Assembly (NCBI GenBank): GCA_902615915.1
Contig: CACMQQ010000007.1
Span: forward strand, 2,836-66,835
From: an uncultured Fidelibacterota bacterium
GTDB lineage: Bacteria > Fidelibacterota > Marinisomatia > Marinisomatales > TCS55
Direction: 5' to 3'
DNA length: 64,000 nt
The first letter of the stretch is position 1; each line of letters begins with the position of its first letter. The notes below the pieces were generated by a model. The model worked only from the letters and a program-made list of their open reading frames with translations, searched no databases and had not been told where the DNA came from. Made by a program: the position numbers and the translations under genes. Below, in pieces: positions 54,770 to 64,000 of the stretch.

Positions 54770-57178
54770 ATGGCGGAAGCAATTGAACTAAATTTTCCAA
54801 ATGAAAATGACAAATCATCAAAAGAACTAAACACATTAGTAGAAGATACCGCAAGAGAGCTTGCAAAAGAAATTGATAAAAAAACCACCAAAAATGACTT
54901 CTCAAAATATCAAATTGACAATTACTACAATGGCGATACTCTTGGTGCAGATGTTCTAAAAAACAAATACTTAGCACCATGGGAAAGTCACCCCTATGAA
55001 TTATGGCAAAGACAAGCAAAAGCGTTGGCGAGTGTAGAGAAAACAAAAAAATCCAAAAAACTATGGGAAAATAAATTTTATTCTATTCTGGAGGATTTTA
55101 AATTTACTCCAGGTGGTCGAATAATGCATGGTGCAGGACGTGAAGATATAACAACCACTCTTAATAATTGCTATGTAGTTGGAATTAACGATGATTCTAT
55201 CAATTCCATTTATAAAACTATTCAAGAAGAAGCTAGAACATACAAATTTGGTGGTGGCTGCGGTCATGATCTTTCTGTTTTACGACCATCTGGCGATGCT
55301 ATAAACGGCACAGGAGGCGAATCATGTGGTCCCGTTGGTTTTATGAATTTGTTCAGCGAAAATACTAATACAATAGCACAGCATGGTAGAAGAGGTGCAA
55401 ATATGCAAACACTGAGCATTGACCATCCCGATATTGAAAAATTTATCGAGATCAAAACTGGCGATGTAAATATGGTGAAATATTCTAATATTTCTGTTTT
55501 ATTAACTGATGAATTTATGAATGCAGTTTCAAAGAATGAGGAATTCGATCTAAGGTATCAAGGCAAAGTTTACAAGACTGTTAACGCTAAAGAATTATGG
55601 GACAAGATAATTGACCATGCTCACTCTAGCGCTGAACCAGGTTTGCTTTTTTGGGATACCATGAAAAACTATCACAATGCAGAATATTGCAGTCCCCTTG
55701 TGTCAACCAATCCTTGTGCAGAACAACCTCTTCCTGATGGTGGATGTTGCAACCTTGGATCTATAAACTTAGAACGCTTTGTTGATGAAAAAGGAAATTT
55801 TATGATTGATGAGTTCAAGGATACAATAGTAACTGCTACTAGATTTCTTGATAATGTTATTGATTACAACTTGGATAGGCATGCTTTAGAGTCCCAAAAG
55901 CAAAATGCATTCAACGATAGAAGAATTGGCCTTGGTATTTTAGGACTGGGTGATATGCTTGTGAGGATGAACATCAAATATGATAGTGAAGATGCTCTTC
56001 AAACAGTTGATCAGATCATGCAAATCTTCAGAGATACTGCTTATGAAACTAGTGTTGATCTTGCCAAAGAAAAAGGCGGATTTCCCAATTTCAAATGGAA
56101 TGGTTATAAAAAGAGTCATTTTGTAAAAAATCTTCCAAAGCATATAAAAAATGATATTGAAGAGCATAAGATAAGGAATTCAACTGTTCTGACTGTACCA
56201 CCAACAGGTAGTGGCGCCATTGTTGCCAGGGTAACCTCCGGTGTTGAACCTATATTCGCAACATCTTACAAAAGAAGGGTCAAAAAGAACGATGGCTTTG
56301 GAAGGGATTTCGATGAGTATAAAGTATACCACCCAATCATTGAAAAATTATTCAAAAACGATGACAATCTTCCTGATTATGTTGTAACGGCTCATGAGAT
56401 TGATCCATATTTTAGAGTAAAAATGCAAGGAATTATTCAAAAATACATTGACAGCTCAATCTCCTCTACAGTAAATCTAAAAAATGAAATAAAGAAAGAA
56501 ACCGTCGCTGATATTTACATGACTGCTCACAAAGCAGGTCTCAAAGGAATTACAGTATATAGAGAAGGCTCTCGAGAAGGCATTCTTATTACTAACGAAG
56601 AAACCAAGAAGGAAAGTACAAACAGCTCATCCTCTAAAAACGTGGTGGCTGCCTCACAAACCAATGAAAAAAGACCCAGAATGAGACCTATTACTACCTC
56701 AGGTACTACGAGACGAATTCGTACTGGTGAGGGCTCTTTATACATCACAATAAATGAAGATGAAAATGGTCTTTGTGAAATATTTACAACAATTGGAAAG
56801 GCTGGTGGCAATGCTGCTGCACAATCTGAAGCTATAAGCAGATTAATTTCTTTGGCGTTGCGATCTGGAGTTGATCCGAATTCTATTGTTAGGCAATTGA
56901 AGGGTATATCAGGCCCAAATCCAACATGGGAAGATGGTCGCCTTATTCTTTCTACTCCTGATGCTATTGGAAAAGCTTTAGATGATTACTTAAAAGAAAG
57001 AAATTCATGGAAGCCCAATACAGATTCTGATTTTGTTGATGAAAAAGTTAGAATTACCATGGCGCAAGATAATTCCTATGAATGCTCAGAAGGTCAAAAT
57101 CGAACAGATTGCCAGAATGTAATCAATGAAGGTGGTTGTCTGACTTGTAGAGAGTGCGGCTGGTCAAAGTGTGATTGA
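54770..57178 (+). CDS. nrdJ: adenosylcobalamin-dependent (class II) ribonucleotide reductase
   Basis: 802 aa. The active-site region is NPCAEQPLPDGGCCNLGSINL, with later TVPPTGSG and SSTVNL. The Cys-rich C-terminal tail is CSEGQNRTDCQ...CLTCRECGWSKC. There is no ATP-cone. Confidence 0.88.
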   Translation: MAEAIELNFPNENDKSSKELNTLVEDTARELAKEIDKKTTKNDFSKYQIDNYYNGDTLGADVLKNKYLAPWESHPYELWQRQAKALASVEKTKKSKKLWENKFYSILEDFKFTPGGRIMHGAGREDITTTLNNCYVVGINDDSINSIYKTIQEEARTYKFGGGCGHDLSVLRPSGDAINGTGGESCGPVGFMNLFSENTNTIAQHGRRGANMQTLSIDHPDIEKFIEIKTGDVNMVKYSNISVLLTDEFMNAVSKNEEFDLRYQGKVYKTVNAKELWDKIIDHAHSSAEPGLLFWDTMKNYHNAEYCSPLVSTNPCAEQPLPDGGCCNLGSINLERFVDEKGNFMIDEFKDTIVTATRFLDNVIDYNLDRHALESQKQNAFNDRRIGLGILGLGDMLVRMNIKYDSEDALQTVDQIMQIFRDTAYETSVDLAKEKGGFPNFKWNGYKKSHFVKNLPKHIKNDIEEHKIRNSTVLTVPPTGSGAIVARVTSGVEPIFATSYKRRVKKNDGFGRDFDEYKVYHPIIEKLFKNDDNLPDYVVTAHEIDPYFRVKMQGIIQKYIDSSISSTVNLKNEIKKETVADIYMTAHKAGLKGITVYREGSREGILITNEETKKESTNSSSSKNVVAASQTNEKRPRMRPITTSGTTRRIRTGEGSLYITINEDENGLCEIFTTIGKAGGNAAAQSEAISRLISLALRSGVDPNSIVRQLKGISGPNPTWEDGRLILSTPDAIGKALDDYLKERNSWKPNTDSDFVDEKVRITMAQDNSYECSEGQNRTDCQNVINEGGCLTCRECGWSKCD

Positions 57179-57235
57179 TTAGTTTATGAGAAGGGAATTA
57201 GCTTTTAATTAGGGAATTCCAAAACACCAAATAGT

Positions 57236-57793
57236 CTAAAATTCTAAAAGCTCTTTTTCCTTTGTCTTATCAATACTTTCTAATGATAAGATATTTTTAT
57301 TGGTAATATCTTGTATATTGGATTCTTGCCTTCTACTTTCATCCTCTGAAAGATGGCTTTCATCTGCAAAGTCTTTTAAAGTGTGCAATGCATCTCGCCT
57401 TATGTTTCTAATCGCAATTTTGCTTTCTTCTACAAGTTGATGCACATATTTTATCAAGTCTTTTCTACGCTCCTCAGATAGCGGAGGAATTGGAATTAAA
57501 ATAGATTCACCATTATTGTTTGGAATCAAACCTAGATTTGATTCCATAATGCTTTTTTCAATTTCTCCAATTATTAGTTTTTCATAAGGTTTAATTGTTA
57601 TCAACCTTGGTTCAGGCGAGGTAATTGTTGAAACTTGAGTCAGGGGAACCATTGAGCCGTAATATTCAACTTTTAGTGAATTGAGAATTTGAGGATTAGC
57701 TCTTCCTGTTCTCACTTTTGAAAGCTCAGCTTTACAATGGGAAATAGCCAAATCCATTCTTTTCGTGGTGTCTAGAATTATATCTTCAATCAT
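57236..57793 (-). CDS. frr: ribosome recycling factor
   Basis: 185 aa with LSKVRTGRANPQIL and IRNIRRDA. Confidence 0.95.
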   Translation of the reverse strand: MIEDIILDTTKRMDLAISHCKAELSKVRTGRANPQILNSLKVEYYGSMVPLTQVSTITSPEPRLITIKPYEKLIIGEIEKSIMESNLGLIPNNNGESILIPIPPLSEERRKDLIKYVHQLVEESKIAIRNIRRDALHTLKDFADESHLSEDESRRQESNIQDITNKNILSLESIDKTKEKELLEF

Positions 57794-57804
57794 TATTTTG
57801 CTTT

Positions 57805-58521
57805 TTAGTTAATTATAGTGCCTATATTTTTACCTAAAACTAATTTTCTAAGGTTTCCATATTTATTTATATCAAAAACTTGCACTGGAAGATTATTTTC
57901 TTTACATAAAGTAATTGCCGTAAGGTCCATTACTCTCAAATTTTTAGAAATTACTTCCGAATAACTTAATTTTTTAAATTTTTTTGCATCACTGTTTAAA
58001 ACAGGATCTTTGTCATAGACGCCATCTACTTTAGTACCTTTGATTAAAACTTCCGATTTCAGCTCTGTGGCTCTGAGAGCAGCGGCCGTATCTGTAGTAA
58101 AATAAGGATTTCCTGTACCGCCAGCAACAATTACAACTCTTTTTTTATCTAAATGTCTAAGAGCTCTTCTCCTTATGTATGGCTCTGAGATTTGGGAAAC
58201 AGTTATAGCAGATAAGGTTCTTGTTTCAACATTAATTTTCTCAAGAGCATCTTGCATTGTAATTGCATTCATTATGGTAGCTAACATACCAAGATAGTCA
58301 CCAGAAACTCTTTCCATACCCTTACTTGCAGCCTGCATTCCTCTAAAAATATTACCAGCTCCTATAATTAAACCAATATCGATATTCATTTCGTGTAAAG
58401 ATTTAATTTCAAGGGCAAGCTCAGAAGCTTTTTGGTAATCGATGCCAAAACCTTTTTTACCAGCAATAACCTCTCCGCTCAATTTGAGTAGAATACGATT
58501 ATAAAATGGTTTTTCTGGCAT
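57805..58521 (-). CDS. pyrH: UMP kinase
   Basis: 238 aa with ILLKLSGE, GAGNIFRG and GGTGNPYFTTDTAAALRA. Confidence 0.95.
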   Translation of the reverse strand: MPEKPFYNRILLKLSGEVIAGKKGFGIDYQKASELALEIKSLHEMNIDIGLIIGAGNIFRGMQAASKGMERVSGDYLGMLATIMNAITMQDALEKINVETRTLSAITVSQISEPYIRRRALRHLDKKRVVIVAGGTGNPYFTTDTAAALRATELKSEVLIKGTKVDGVYDKDPVLNSDAKKFKKLSYSEVISKNLRVMDLTAITLCKENNLPVQVFDINKYGNLRKLVLGKNIGTIIN

Positions 58522-58524
58522 TTG

Positions 58525-59133
58525 CTAACTTGATGAACTATTCTCACCAACTGCAAATCTAATAAAACGAGCAATAACTATATTTTCACCTAAAGTTGCA
58601 ATAGTTTCATTTAATAAATCAGATATTTTTTTATCTGTATCTTTTATATATAGTTGATCGAGTAAACAAATTTCAGAAAAAAGCTTTTCTAATTTTCCTA
58701 TAACAATTTTATCAACAACATTTTCGGGCTTGCCAGAAGACAAAGCTTGTTCTTTAAAAATGGATTCTTCTTTTTGAAGATAATTTTTATCAATTGAATC
58801 ACGGTCAATTGATAAAGGATTTGTAGCCGCTATTTGCATTGCTAAATTATTAGCCAAAACGTTGAAACCTTCAGTTTTTGCGACAAAATCTGTTTCGCAA
58901 TTTAACTCTAGCAAAACTCCGAGCTTATCACCATGGTGAATATATGAATATATGATACCTTCGCTAGCTGTTCGGCTTCCTTTTTTTTCAGCTTTAGCAA
59001 TTCCTGATTTTCTAAGAAAATCAATTGCTTTATCAAGATCGCCATTTGATTGAAGCAAAGCTTTTTTGCAGTCCATCATGCCCGCACCAGTTCTTTCTCT
59101 TAAATCTTTTACGGTTTTAGCGCTAATTTTCAT
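58525..59133 (-). CDS. tsf: translation elongation factor Ts (short form)
   Basis: 202 aa. The N-terminal UBA-like region reads VKDLRERTGAGMMDCKKAL, followed by NCETDFVAK. Confidence 0.93.
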   Translation of the reverse strand: MKISAKTVKDLRERTGAGMMDCKKALLQSNGDLDKAIDFLRKSGIAKAEKKGSRTASEGIIYSYIHHGDKLGVLLELNCETDFVAKTEGFNVLANNLAMQIAATNPLSIDRDSIDKNYLQKEESIFKEQALSSGKPENVVDKIVIGKLEKLFSEICLLDQLYIKDTDKKISDLLNETIATLGENIVIARFIRFAVGENSSSS

Positions 59134-59156
59134 TTTAGTTTATTGATTAGATGTAA

Positions 59157-59927
59157 TTAATTATTATCACTGGTTGGTGTAATTGAATCTTGTTTATTAT
59201 CTGCATCAGAGATATTTGATTGATCAGTAGGTGTATTATTATCATTAAGTTTGCCGTTTGCTTCTAATATAGTATCAGCTATACTAGAGATGAGTAGTTG
59301 TATTGTTCTGATTGAATCATCATTTGCAGGAATAGGATATGAAATGTTATTAGGGTTTGTATTGGAGTCAACTATTGCGATTATTGGAATACCAAGGCCA
59401 TTTGCCTCTTTAACAGCTGTAAACTCTAGTCTTGCGTCAACTACAATTACAGCATCTGGCAATCGACGCATGTCTTTAATTCCTCTATGTTGATCAGAAA
59501 GCTTAATTCTTTCTCTATTTAACATTTGTACTTCTTTTTTTGTTTGGTTTTCATAAATATGAGAACCTTCTTTTTCTAAAAGATTTAAACGTTTAATACT
59601 TTTTTTGATAGTAGAAAAGTTGGTTAGTGTGCCCCCCAACCATCTTTCAACAACGTAAAACATTGAACATCTATCTGCTTCCTGCTGTACGATATCTCTT
59701 GCTTGCTTTTTTGTTCCAACGAATAAAAACTCACCTTTTTTCTTAGCAAGATTTTGAATGAATCCTAAAGCTTTATCAAGATAAAGTAATGTTTCATCTA
59801 GATTTATTATATGGACGCCGTTTTTTTCCATTAAAATAAAAGGCTTGAAATTTGGATTCCATTTACTTGTTACATGGCCAAAATGGGCACCGGTACTTAA
59901 TAGATCTTCAAATTTTACTTTATTCAT
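59157..59927 (-). CDS. rpsB: 30S ribosomal protein S2
   Basis: It has LLSTGAHFGH, FVGTKKQA and RWLGGTLTNF, plus an acidic/polar C-terminal tail. Confidence 0.95.
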   Translation of the reverse strand: MNKVKFEDLLSTGAHFGHVTSKWNPNFKPFILMEKNGVHIINLDETLLYLDKALGFIQNLAKKKGEFLFVGTKKQARDIVQQEADRCSMFYVVERWLGGTLTNFSTIKKSIKRLNLLEKEGSHIYENQTKKEVQMLNRERIKLSDQHRGIKDMRRLPDAVIVVDARLEFTAVKEANGLGIPIIAIVDSNTNPNNISYPIPANDDSIRTIQLLISSIADTILEANGKLNDNNTPTDQSNISDADNKQDSITPTSDNN

Positions 59928-59943
59928 TGTAAGTCTTTAATTA

Positions 59944-60336
59944 TTATCTCTTAGAAAACTGAAATTTTTTACGAGCTCCAGGTTGACCATATTTTTTTCT
60001 TTCAACTTTTCTCGCATCTCTTGTTAAAAAACCAGCTTCTTTAAGCTTGGATCTAAAATCTTCATTTATTTGATTTAAAGCCCTTGATATACCTAGTCTT
60101 ATTGCACCTGCCTGACCCGACAAACCTCCACCCTTAACATTGACAGAAATATCGTAGGAATTTCTCTGATCCAGAAGATCTAGCGGCTGAGTTACAACAA
60201 TAGCTAAGCTTTTTCTAGAAATATAGTTTGAAAATTCTTTTCCGTTTATAAAAATATTGCCTTGTCCCGGATTCATGTAGACTCTGGCAATCGAACCTTT
60301 TCTTCGACCAATGGAACTATAAACTGATTTTGACAT
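59944..60336 (-). CDS. rpsI: 30S ribosomal protein S9
   Basis: 130 aa with GRRKGSIARV, GGGLSGQAGAIRLGISRAL and a C-terminal ...KKFQFSKR. Confidence 0.95.
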   Translation of the reverse strand: MSKSVYSSIGRRKGSIARVYMNPGQGNIFINGKEFSNYISRKSLAIVVTQPLDLLDQRNSYDISVNVKGGGLSGQAGAIRLGISRALNQINEDFRSKLKEAGFLTRDARKVERKKYGQPGARKKFQFSKR

Positions 60337-60338
60337 AT

Positions 60339-60767
60339 TTAAATTTCTAAATTTTTAGGTTTTTGTGATAGATGAGGGTGATCAGGGCCTGGATAAATTT
60401 TAAGGTGTTTAAAAATTGATCTGCCTAATCTATTTTTTGGCAACATTCCCCATATTGCTTTTTCTAAAATTCTTTCAGGAAAAGTTCGTCTCATGTGGTC
60501 AAATTTAGTCAAAGAAGATGAACCAATATAACCGGAATGTTTGAAGTATTTTTTCTGTGTTTCTTTAGATCCTGTAACATTAATCTTGTCGGCATTAATT
60601 ACAATAACGAAATCTCCCATATCAAGGTTTGGAGTGAAAGACGGTTTATGCTTGCCTCTTAATACTTTTGCAACTTCAGATGCAAACCTGCCCAATGTTT
60701 TGCCTTCAGCATCTGCTACAAACCATTCTTTAGTTATTTCATTTAATTTTATAGATTTTGTAATCAT
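60339..60767 (-). CDS. rplM: 50S ribosomal protein L13
   Basis: It has WFVADAEGKTLGRFASEVAKVLRGKHKP, as in L13. I prefer the ATG at 60767 (142 aa) to the track's TTG at 60791. Confidence 0.92.
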   Translation of the reverse strand: MITKSIKLNEITKEWFVADAEGKTLGRFASEVAKVLRGKHKPSFTPNLDMGDFVIVINADKINVTGSKETQKKYFKHSGYIGSSSLTKFDHMRRTFPERILEKAIWGMLPKNRLGRSIFKHLKIYPGPDHPHLSQKPKNLEI

Positions 60768-60831
60768 AAATTTTTGAGAGATATAGAGCAAACAATATTA
60801 GTTCTCAATCCTGCATATAGTCAATTATAAT

Positions 60832-62127
60832 TTATATTTTATTTATTAATCCTTTAACTATTGTATACTTTACTTTTCCAACCAAATCTTCTCCAATAAA
60901 AGGAGAATTTTTTGATTTAGAATAAATGTTCTTTTCAGCAAATTTCCATTTTTCTTTTGGATCCAAGATTACTAATTCTGCATCCTTTCCCTTTGAAAAC
61001 AAGTCATTTTCAAAACCCATGATTTTTCTTGGATTTGTTGTCATTAATTTTAATAATGAGATAACGTTAAAATTGTTTTCTTTAAGTAAAATTTTATTAA
61101 CTGCTCCATAACATGATTCAAGGCCAATCATTCCAAAAGACGCACAATTAAAGCCGCACTCCTTTTCTTCAAGAGCATGTGGGGCGTGATCTGTAGCAAT
61201 ACAATCTATGGTTCCATCTTTAAGAGCATTAATTAAGATTTTTCTATCATCGCGTGTTCGTATCGGAGGGGCTACTTTTAAATTAGCATTATAATCTTGC
61301 AAATCTTCATCAGAAAAAAATAAATGATGAGGTGTTACTTCAGCAGTTACTTTATCATAGTCTTTTTTAACTGAGTTTATGTGTTTAACGGATTTACCTG
61401 CACTCACATGAGGAATATGTATATGAGCATTTGTAATTTTAGCAATTTCTAAATCTCTTAAAACCATGTTTGATTCAGTAATGTCTGGGGAACCCTCCAA
61501 ACCTAATTTTGTTGATATAATACCTTCATTCATCACTGATGAATTTTTGAGAGTAAGATCTTCAGCATGATTTATAATTTTAATATTTTCATAAAACATT
61601 GAAGAATATGAAAGCGCATTTCTTAAAACAGATGAATTCTCAATAGGCACTCCATCATCGCTAAATGCCACTGCTCCCTCATTTAGCATTGCTTTCATTT
61701 CTGTTAGCTCTTTGCCTTTTTGAGATTTTGTAACTGCACCAATTGGATGAATATGAATAGGGCACTCATTTGATCTATTTACTATATATCTAATTAATTC
61801 TGGACTATCAATAACAGGGGATGTGTTGGGCATTACGCACACCCGAGTAAAGCCTCCAGCTATAGCAGCCTGCGATCCTGAATTTAAATCTTCTTTATAT
61901 TCTTCTCCAGGTTCTCTAAAATGAACATGAATATCGCAAAAACCATGAGTAACTATCCTATCAGTGCAGTCAATTATTTTAGATGAAGATGGATAGGTAG
62001 CTTTTCCAATGGAATTTATTTTGCCTTCTTTTATATATATATCTCCATTTATCTCTGTAGAATTAAATGGATCGATGATTGTAGCATTTTTTAAAACAAG
62101 ATGCTTGTTTATCTTTTCAGTTTGCAT
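60832..62127 (-). CDS. pyrC: dihydroorotase
   Basis: 431 aa with the metal ligands DIHVHFREPG, later TDHAPH, and amidohydrolase architecture. It lies next to pyrB. Confidence 0.9.
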   Translation of the reverse strand: MQTEKINKHLVLKNATIIDPFNSTEINGDIYIKEGKINSIGKATYPSSSKIIDCTDRIVTHGFCDIHVHFREPGEEYKEDLNSGSQAAIAGGFTRVCVMPNTSPVIDSPELIRYIVNRSNECPIHIHPIGAVTKSQKGKELTEMKAMLNEGAVAFSDDGVPIENSSVLRNALSYSSMFYENIKIINHAEDLTLKNSSVMNEGIISTKLGLEGSPDITESNMVLRDLEIAKITNAHIHIPHVSAGKSVKHINSVKKDYDKVTAEVTPHHLFFSDEDLQDYNANLKVAPPIRTRDDRKILINALKDGTIDCIATDHAPHALEEKECGFNCASFGMIGLESCYGAVNKILLKENNFNVISLLKLMTTNPRKIMGFENDLFSKGKDAELVILDPKEKWKFAEKNIYSKSKNSPFIGEDLVGKVKYTIVKGLINKI

Positions 62128-63056
62128 TAGGAGTCTTTCTTAGTTGTGCCTGAAAGCAAGAGGTATAAAATGGCCATTCTTGTAGCAACTCCATTTAATA
62201 CTTGATCTAAAATAATTGCTTGCTCACTGTCAGCAACATTACTGTCAATTTCTACCCATCTGTTCATTGGTCCGGGATGCATTATGACAAGTTCGCTATT
62301 ATGTTTTTCTATTCTTGATTGTGTTATTCCAAATAATTTTCTGTACTCTCTTACAGAGGGGATTAATGCGTTATTCATTCTCTCTCTTTGAATTCTTAGA
62401 ACATTGATGGCATCTGCCCATTCTATGACTTCATCAATATTATTATTAACGGTTAATCCCAATTCTTCAATTTTTATAGGCATAAGTGTTGAGGGGCCGC
62501 ACAACGTAACCTTTGCACCAAGCGTTATCAATCCATATATATTACTTAATGCAACGCGACTGTGCGCAATATCACCGATTATGCCAATTTTTAAATTTTT
62601 AATATATCCAAATTTTTCTTTCAAACTTACAATATCTAAAAGTGCTTGCGTAGGATGTTCATGCGTACCATCTCCAGCATTTATAACTACTGAGTCGATA
62701 TAATTTGTAAGCATCAATGCTGAACCTGGAAATGAATGTCTAATTACTGCTGCATCTATTTTCATAGATTCTATATTTTTAACAGTATCTTTAAATGTTT
62801 CACCTTTATTTAAACTAGATGAGCTAGCAGAAAAATTTATTGAATCTGCACTTAATCGTTTCTCGGCAAGCTCGAAACTGATTCTTGTTCTGGTGGAATT
62901 CTCAAAAAATAAATTTACAATTGTCTTACCTTGAAGAGAGGGTACTTTTTTAATTGGCCTCTCAAGAACCTCTTTGAAAGAGAAAGCTGTTTCGATAATT
63001 TCATTAATATCTTGTTTTGGATATCCTTCAAGTCCAATTAAATGCTTATTTTTCAA
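62127..63056 (-). CDS. pyrB: aspartate carbamoyltransferase catalytic subunit
   Basis: 309 aa with FENSTRTR, HPTQALLD and HPGP motifs. Confidence 0.95.
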   Translation of the reverse strand: MKNKHLIGLEGYPKQDINEIIETAFSFKEVLERPIKKVPSLQGKTIVNLFFENSTRTRISFELAEKRLSADSINFSASSSSLNKGETFKDTVKNIESMKIDAAVIRHSFPGSALMLTNYIDSVVINAGDGTHEHPTQALLDIVSLKEKFGYIKNLKIGIIGDIAHSRVALSNIYGLITLGAKVTLCGPSTLMPIKIEELGLTVNNNIDEVIEWADAINVLRIQRERMNNALIPSVREYRKLFGITQSRIEKHNSELVIMHPGPMNRWVEIDSNVADSEQAIILDQVLNGVATRMAILYLLLSGTTKKDS

Positions 63057-63597
63057 TTTTATTCCTTATCAAGCAAATAGAATCTTGGCTGTCAATTTCT
63101 TTAAACAAAACTTCCACATGCTCACCCTCATGGGTTGGAATATTCTTTCCAACATAATCAGGACGAATAGGCAATTCCCTGTGGCCTCTATCTACTAAAA
63201 CTGCTAGCTGTATTGATTTTGGTCGACCGAATGACAATAAAGAGTCTATGGCTGCTCTAATAGTTCGCCCGGTATATAAAACATCATCAACAAGTATAAC
63301 TGTTTTTCCGTCTATTGATTCATCAATATTAGTTCCATTGAGCTTAGGAGTTTTGAGTCTAGTAAAGTAGTCGTCTCTATGGAAGGTTATATCAATAGTT
63401 CCATAACTAATATTATTACCAGCAATGTTTGTAAGATTTTTGTGGATTCTTTGAGCTAAAGTTTTACCTCTAGTTATAATGCCAACTAAGTATATCTCAT
63501 CTGTGTTATTATTTTTCTCAATGATTTCATGTGACAATCTAATAATAGATTTAGCAATTTTAGTCTCATTTAGTATTTCATTTTTAATTGGCTTCAA
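63046..63597 (-). CDS. pyrR: bifunctional pyrimidine operon regulator / uracil phosphoribosyltransferase PyrR
   Basis: 183 aa. The PRPP motif is VILVDDVLYTGRTIRAA, followed by LAVLVDRGHRELPIRPDYVG. It has a TTG start (complement of caa at 63595-63597) and overlaps pyrB by 11 nt. Confidence 0.9.
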   Translation of the reverse strand: MKPIKNEILNETKIAKSIIRLSHEIIEKNNNTDEIYLVGIITRGKTLAQRIHKNLTNIAGNNISYGTIDITFHRDDYFTRLKTPKLNGTNIDESIDGKTVILVDDVLYTGRTIRAAIDSLLSFGRPKSIQLAVLVDRGHRELPIRPDYVGKNIPTHEGEHVEVLFKEIDSQDSICLIRNKIEK

Positions 63598-63606
63598 AAA
63601 AACTCC

Positions 63607-63652
63607 AAAAAAAACCCAATAGGAAGAGAATTAAGTCACTCGTCTAATTGGG
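63607..63652 (-). terminator. hairpin plus U8 located 10 nt upstream of the pyrR start (candidate pyr attenuator)
   Basis: The minus-strand RNA reads ACCCAAUUAGACGAGUGACUUAAUUCUCUUCCUAUUGGGUUUUUUUU. The stem pairs CCCAAU with AUUGGG, plus 2 further bp, and is followed by 8 U. An upstream UUAAGUCAUUC (63690-63680) can pair with GAGUGACUUAA (63641-63631) inside the terminator loop as an alternative structure. Confidence 0.55.
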
Positions 63653-63718
63653 TAGAATTAAAACTTTGTCTTCACGCAGGAATGACTTAAAAGCTAACAA
63701 AAAATTAATAATAAAATA

Positions 63719-64000
63719 TTAATTTTGAAATTTATTAATAATCAAATTTGCTATTTCGTTTAATTCAAGATTTTCATCTATGTTAATTGTAAAATTGATA
63801 TCTTCCGATCTAAACCACTTGAGCTGTTTTTTTGAAAATTGCTTTGTATTTAAAATTATTTTATCCTCAAGATCTTTGAGGTTAATTTCTTCATTATGAT
63901 ATTTAATTATATCTCTATAACCCAATGAATCTAAAGGTACAATTTTATCAATTTCAAAATTTAACATTAAATTTTTTACTTCATCTAACCAGCCATTTTG
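63719..64000 (-). CDS. miaA: tRNA dimethylallyltransferase, C-terminal part (5' end outside the window)
   Basis: The frame stays open to the window edge upstream of the track's Met (QNGWLDEVKNLMLNFEID...). LGYRDIIKY...INLKD....NTKQFSKKQLKWFR matches the MiaA C-terminal region (..GY.E...YL.G...L.E........T..YAKRQ.TWFR). Confidence 0.75.
   Translation of the reverse strand, partial: QNGWLDEVKNLMLNFEIDKIVPLDSLGYRDIIKYHNEEINLKDLEDKIILNTKQFSKKQLKWFRSEDINFTINIDENLELNEIANLIINKFQN

Noticed and set aside
57179-57235. A possible terminator between the convergent nrdJ and frr genes (GGGAATTAGCTTTTAATTAGGGAATTCC).
   Set aside because: The repeated elements are direct repeats (gggaatt / aattag), not inverted repeats. 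I could not draw a stable hairpin followed by a U-run.
1-64000. CRISPR arrays, IS elements or transposases, integrases, prophage genes, toxin-antitoxin pairs or known defence systems.
   Set aside because: Every ORF of 60 aa or more was read and none shows the corresponding motifs. No gap is large enough to hold a repeat array. This window looks like core chromosome rather than an accessory island.

Overview
This is an AT-rich (by eye, not computed), very gene-dense bacterial chromosomal segment. I call about 66 protein genes, one tRNA and very little non-coding DNA. Many neighbouring genes overlap by 1-30 nt, and about 58 of the 66 genes lie on the minus strand. The content is mostly core housekeeping: asnS, uvrB, rimO, waaA/GT9 LPS genes, tatC, guaB, hutH, alaS, ispG, der, class II RNR, rplM-rpsI-rpsB-tsf-pyrH-frr, pyrR-pyrB-pyrC and miaA. 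A protein with a T9SS-type C-terminal sorting domain (NAYPNPFN...), the rplM-rpsI-rpsB-tsf order and the sigma-54 activator/LptE pairing point to a streamlined FCB-superphylum organism, possibly Marinimicrobia-like. That taxonomic call is inference only. I saw no CRISPR array, transposase, integrase, phage gene or recognisable defence system. Eight things seem worth a second look. (1) A cobalamin riboswitch, not represented in the ORF track, controls an orphan beta-propeller lipoprotein that is a candidate B12-capture protein, 3 kb from a B12-dependent NrdJ. (2) A six-gene envelope operon runs Tat-Rieske, DoxX, CrtC/AttH-like lipoprotein, ABC ATPase, ABC-2 permease, LolA-like protein. (3) A plus-strand four-gene operon is joined entirely by ATGA start/stop overlaps. 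It includes a 38-aa membrane micro-ORF missing from the track and ends in a T9SS-targeted HExxH protein. (4) An operon encodes redoxin, a DUF5916 outer-membrane protein, an HMA lipoprotein and a BNR-propeller lipoprotein. (5) Two perfect tandem DnaA boxes sit in the largest intergenic region, upstream of nrdJ. (6) A terminator/attenuator lies 10 nt upstream of a TTG-initiated pyrR. (7) A permease-less tandem ABC ATPase with one degenerate site sits inside the LPS/lipid operon. (8) A DnaQ-exonuclease/DinG fusion keeps the Fe-S cysteines. All functional calls rest on motif recognition by eye. No database search was run.
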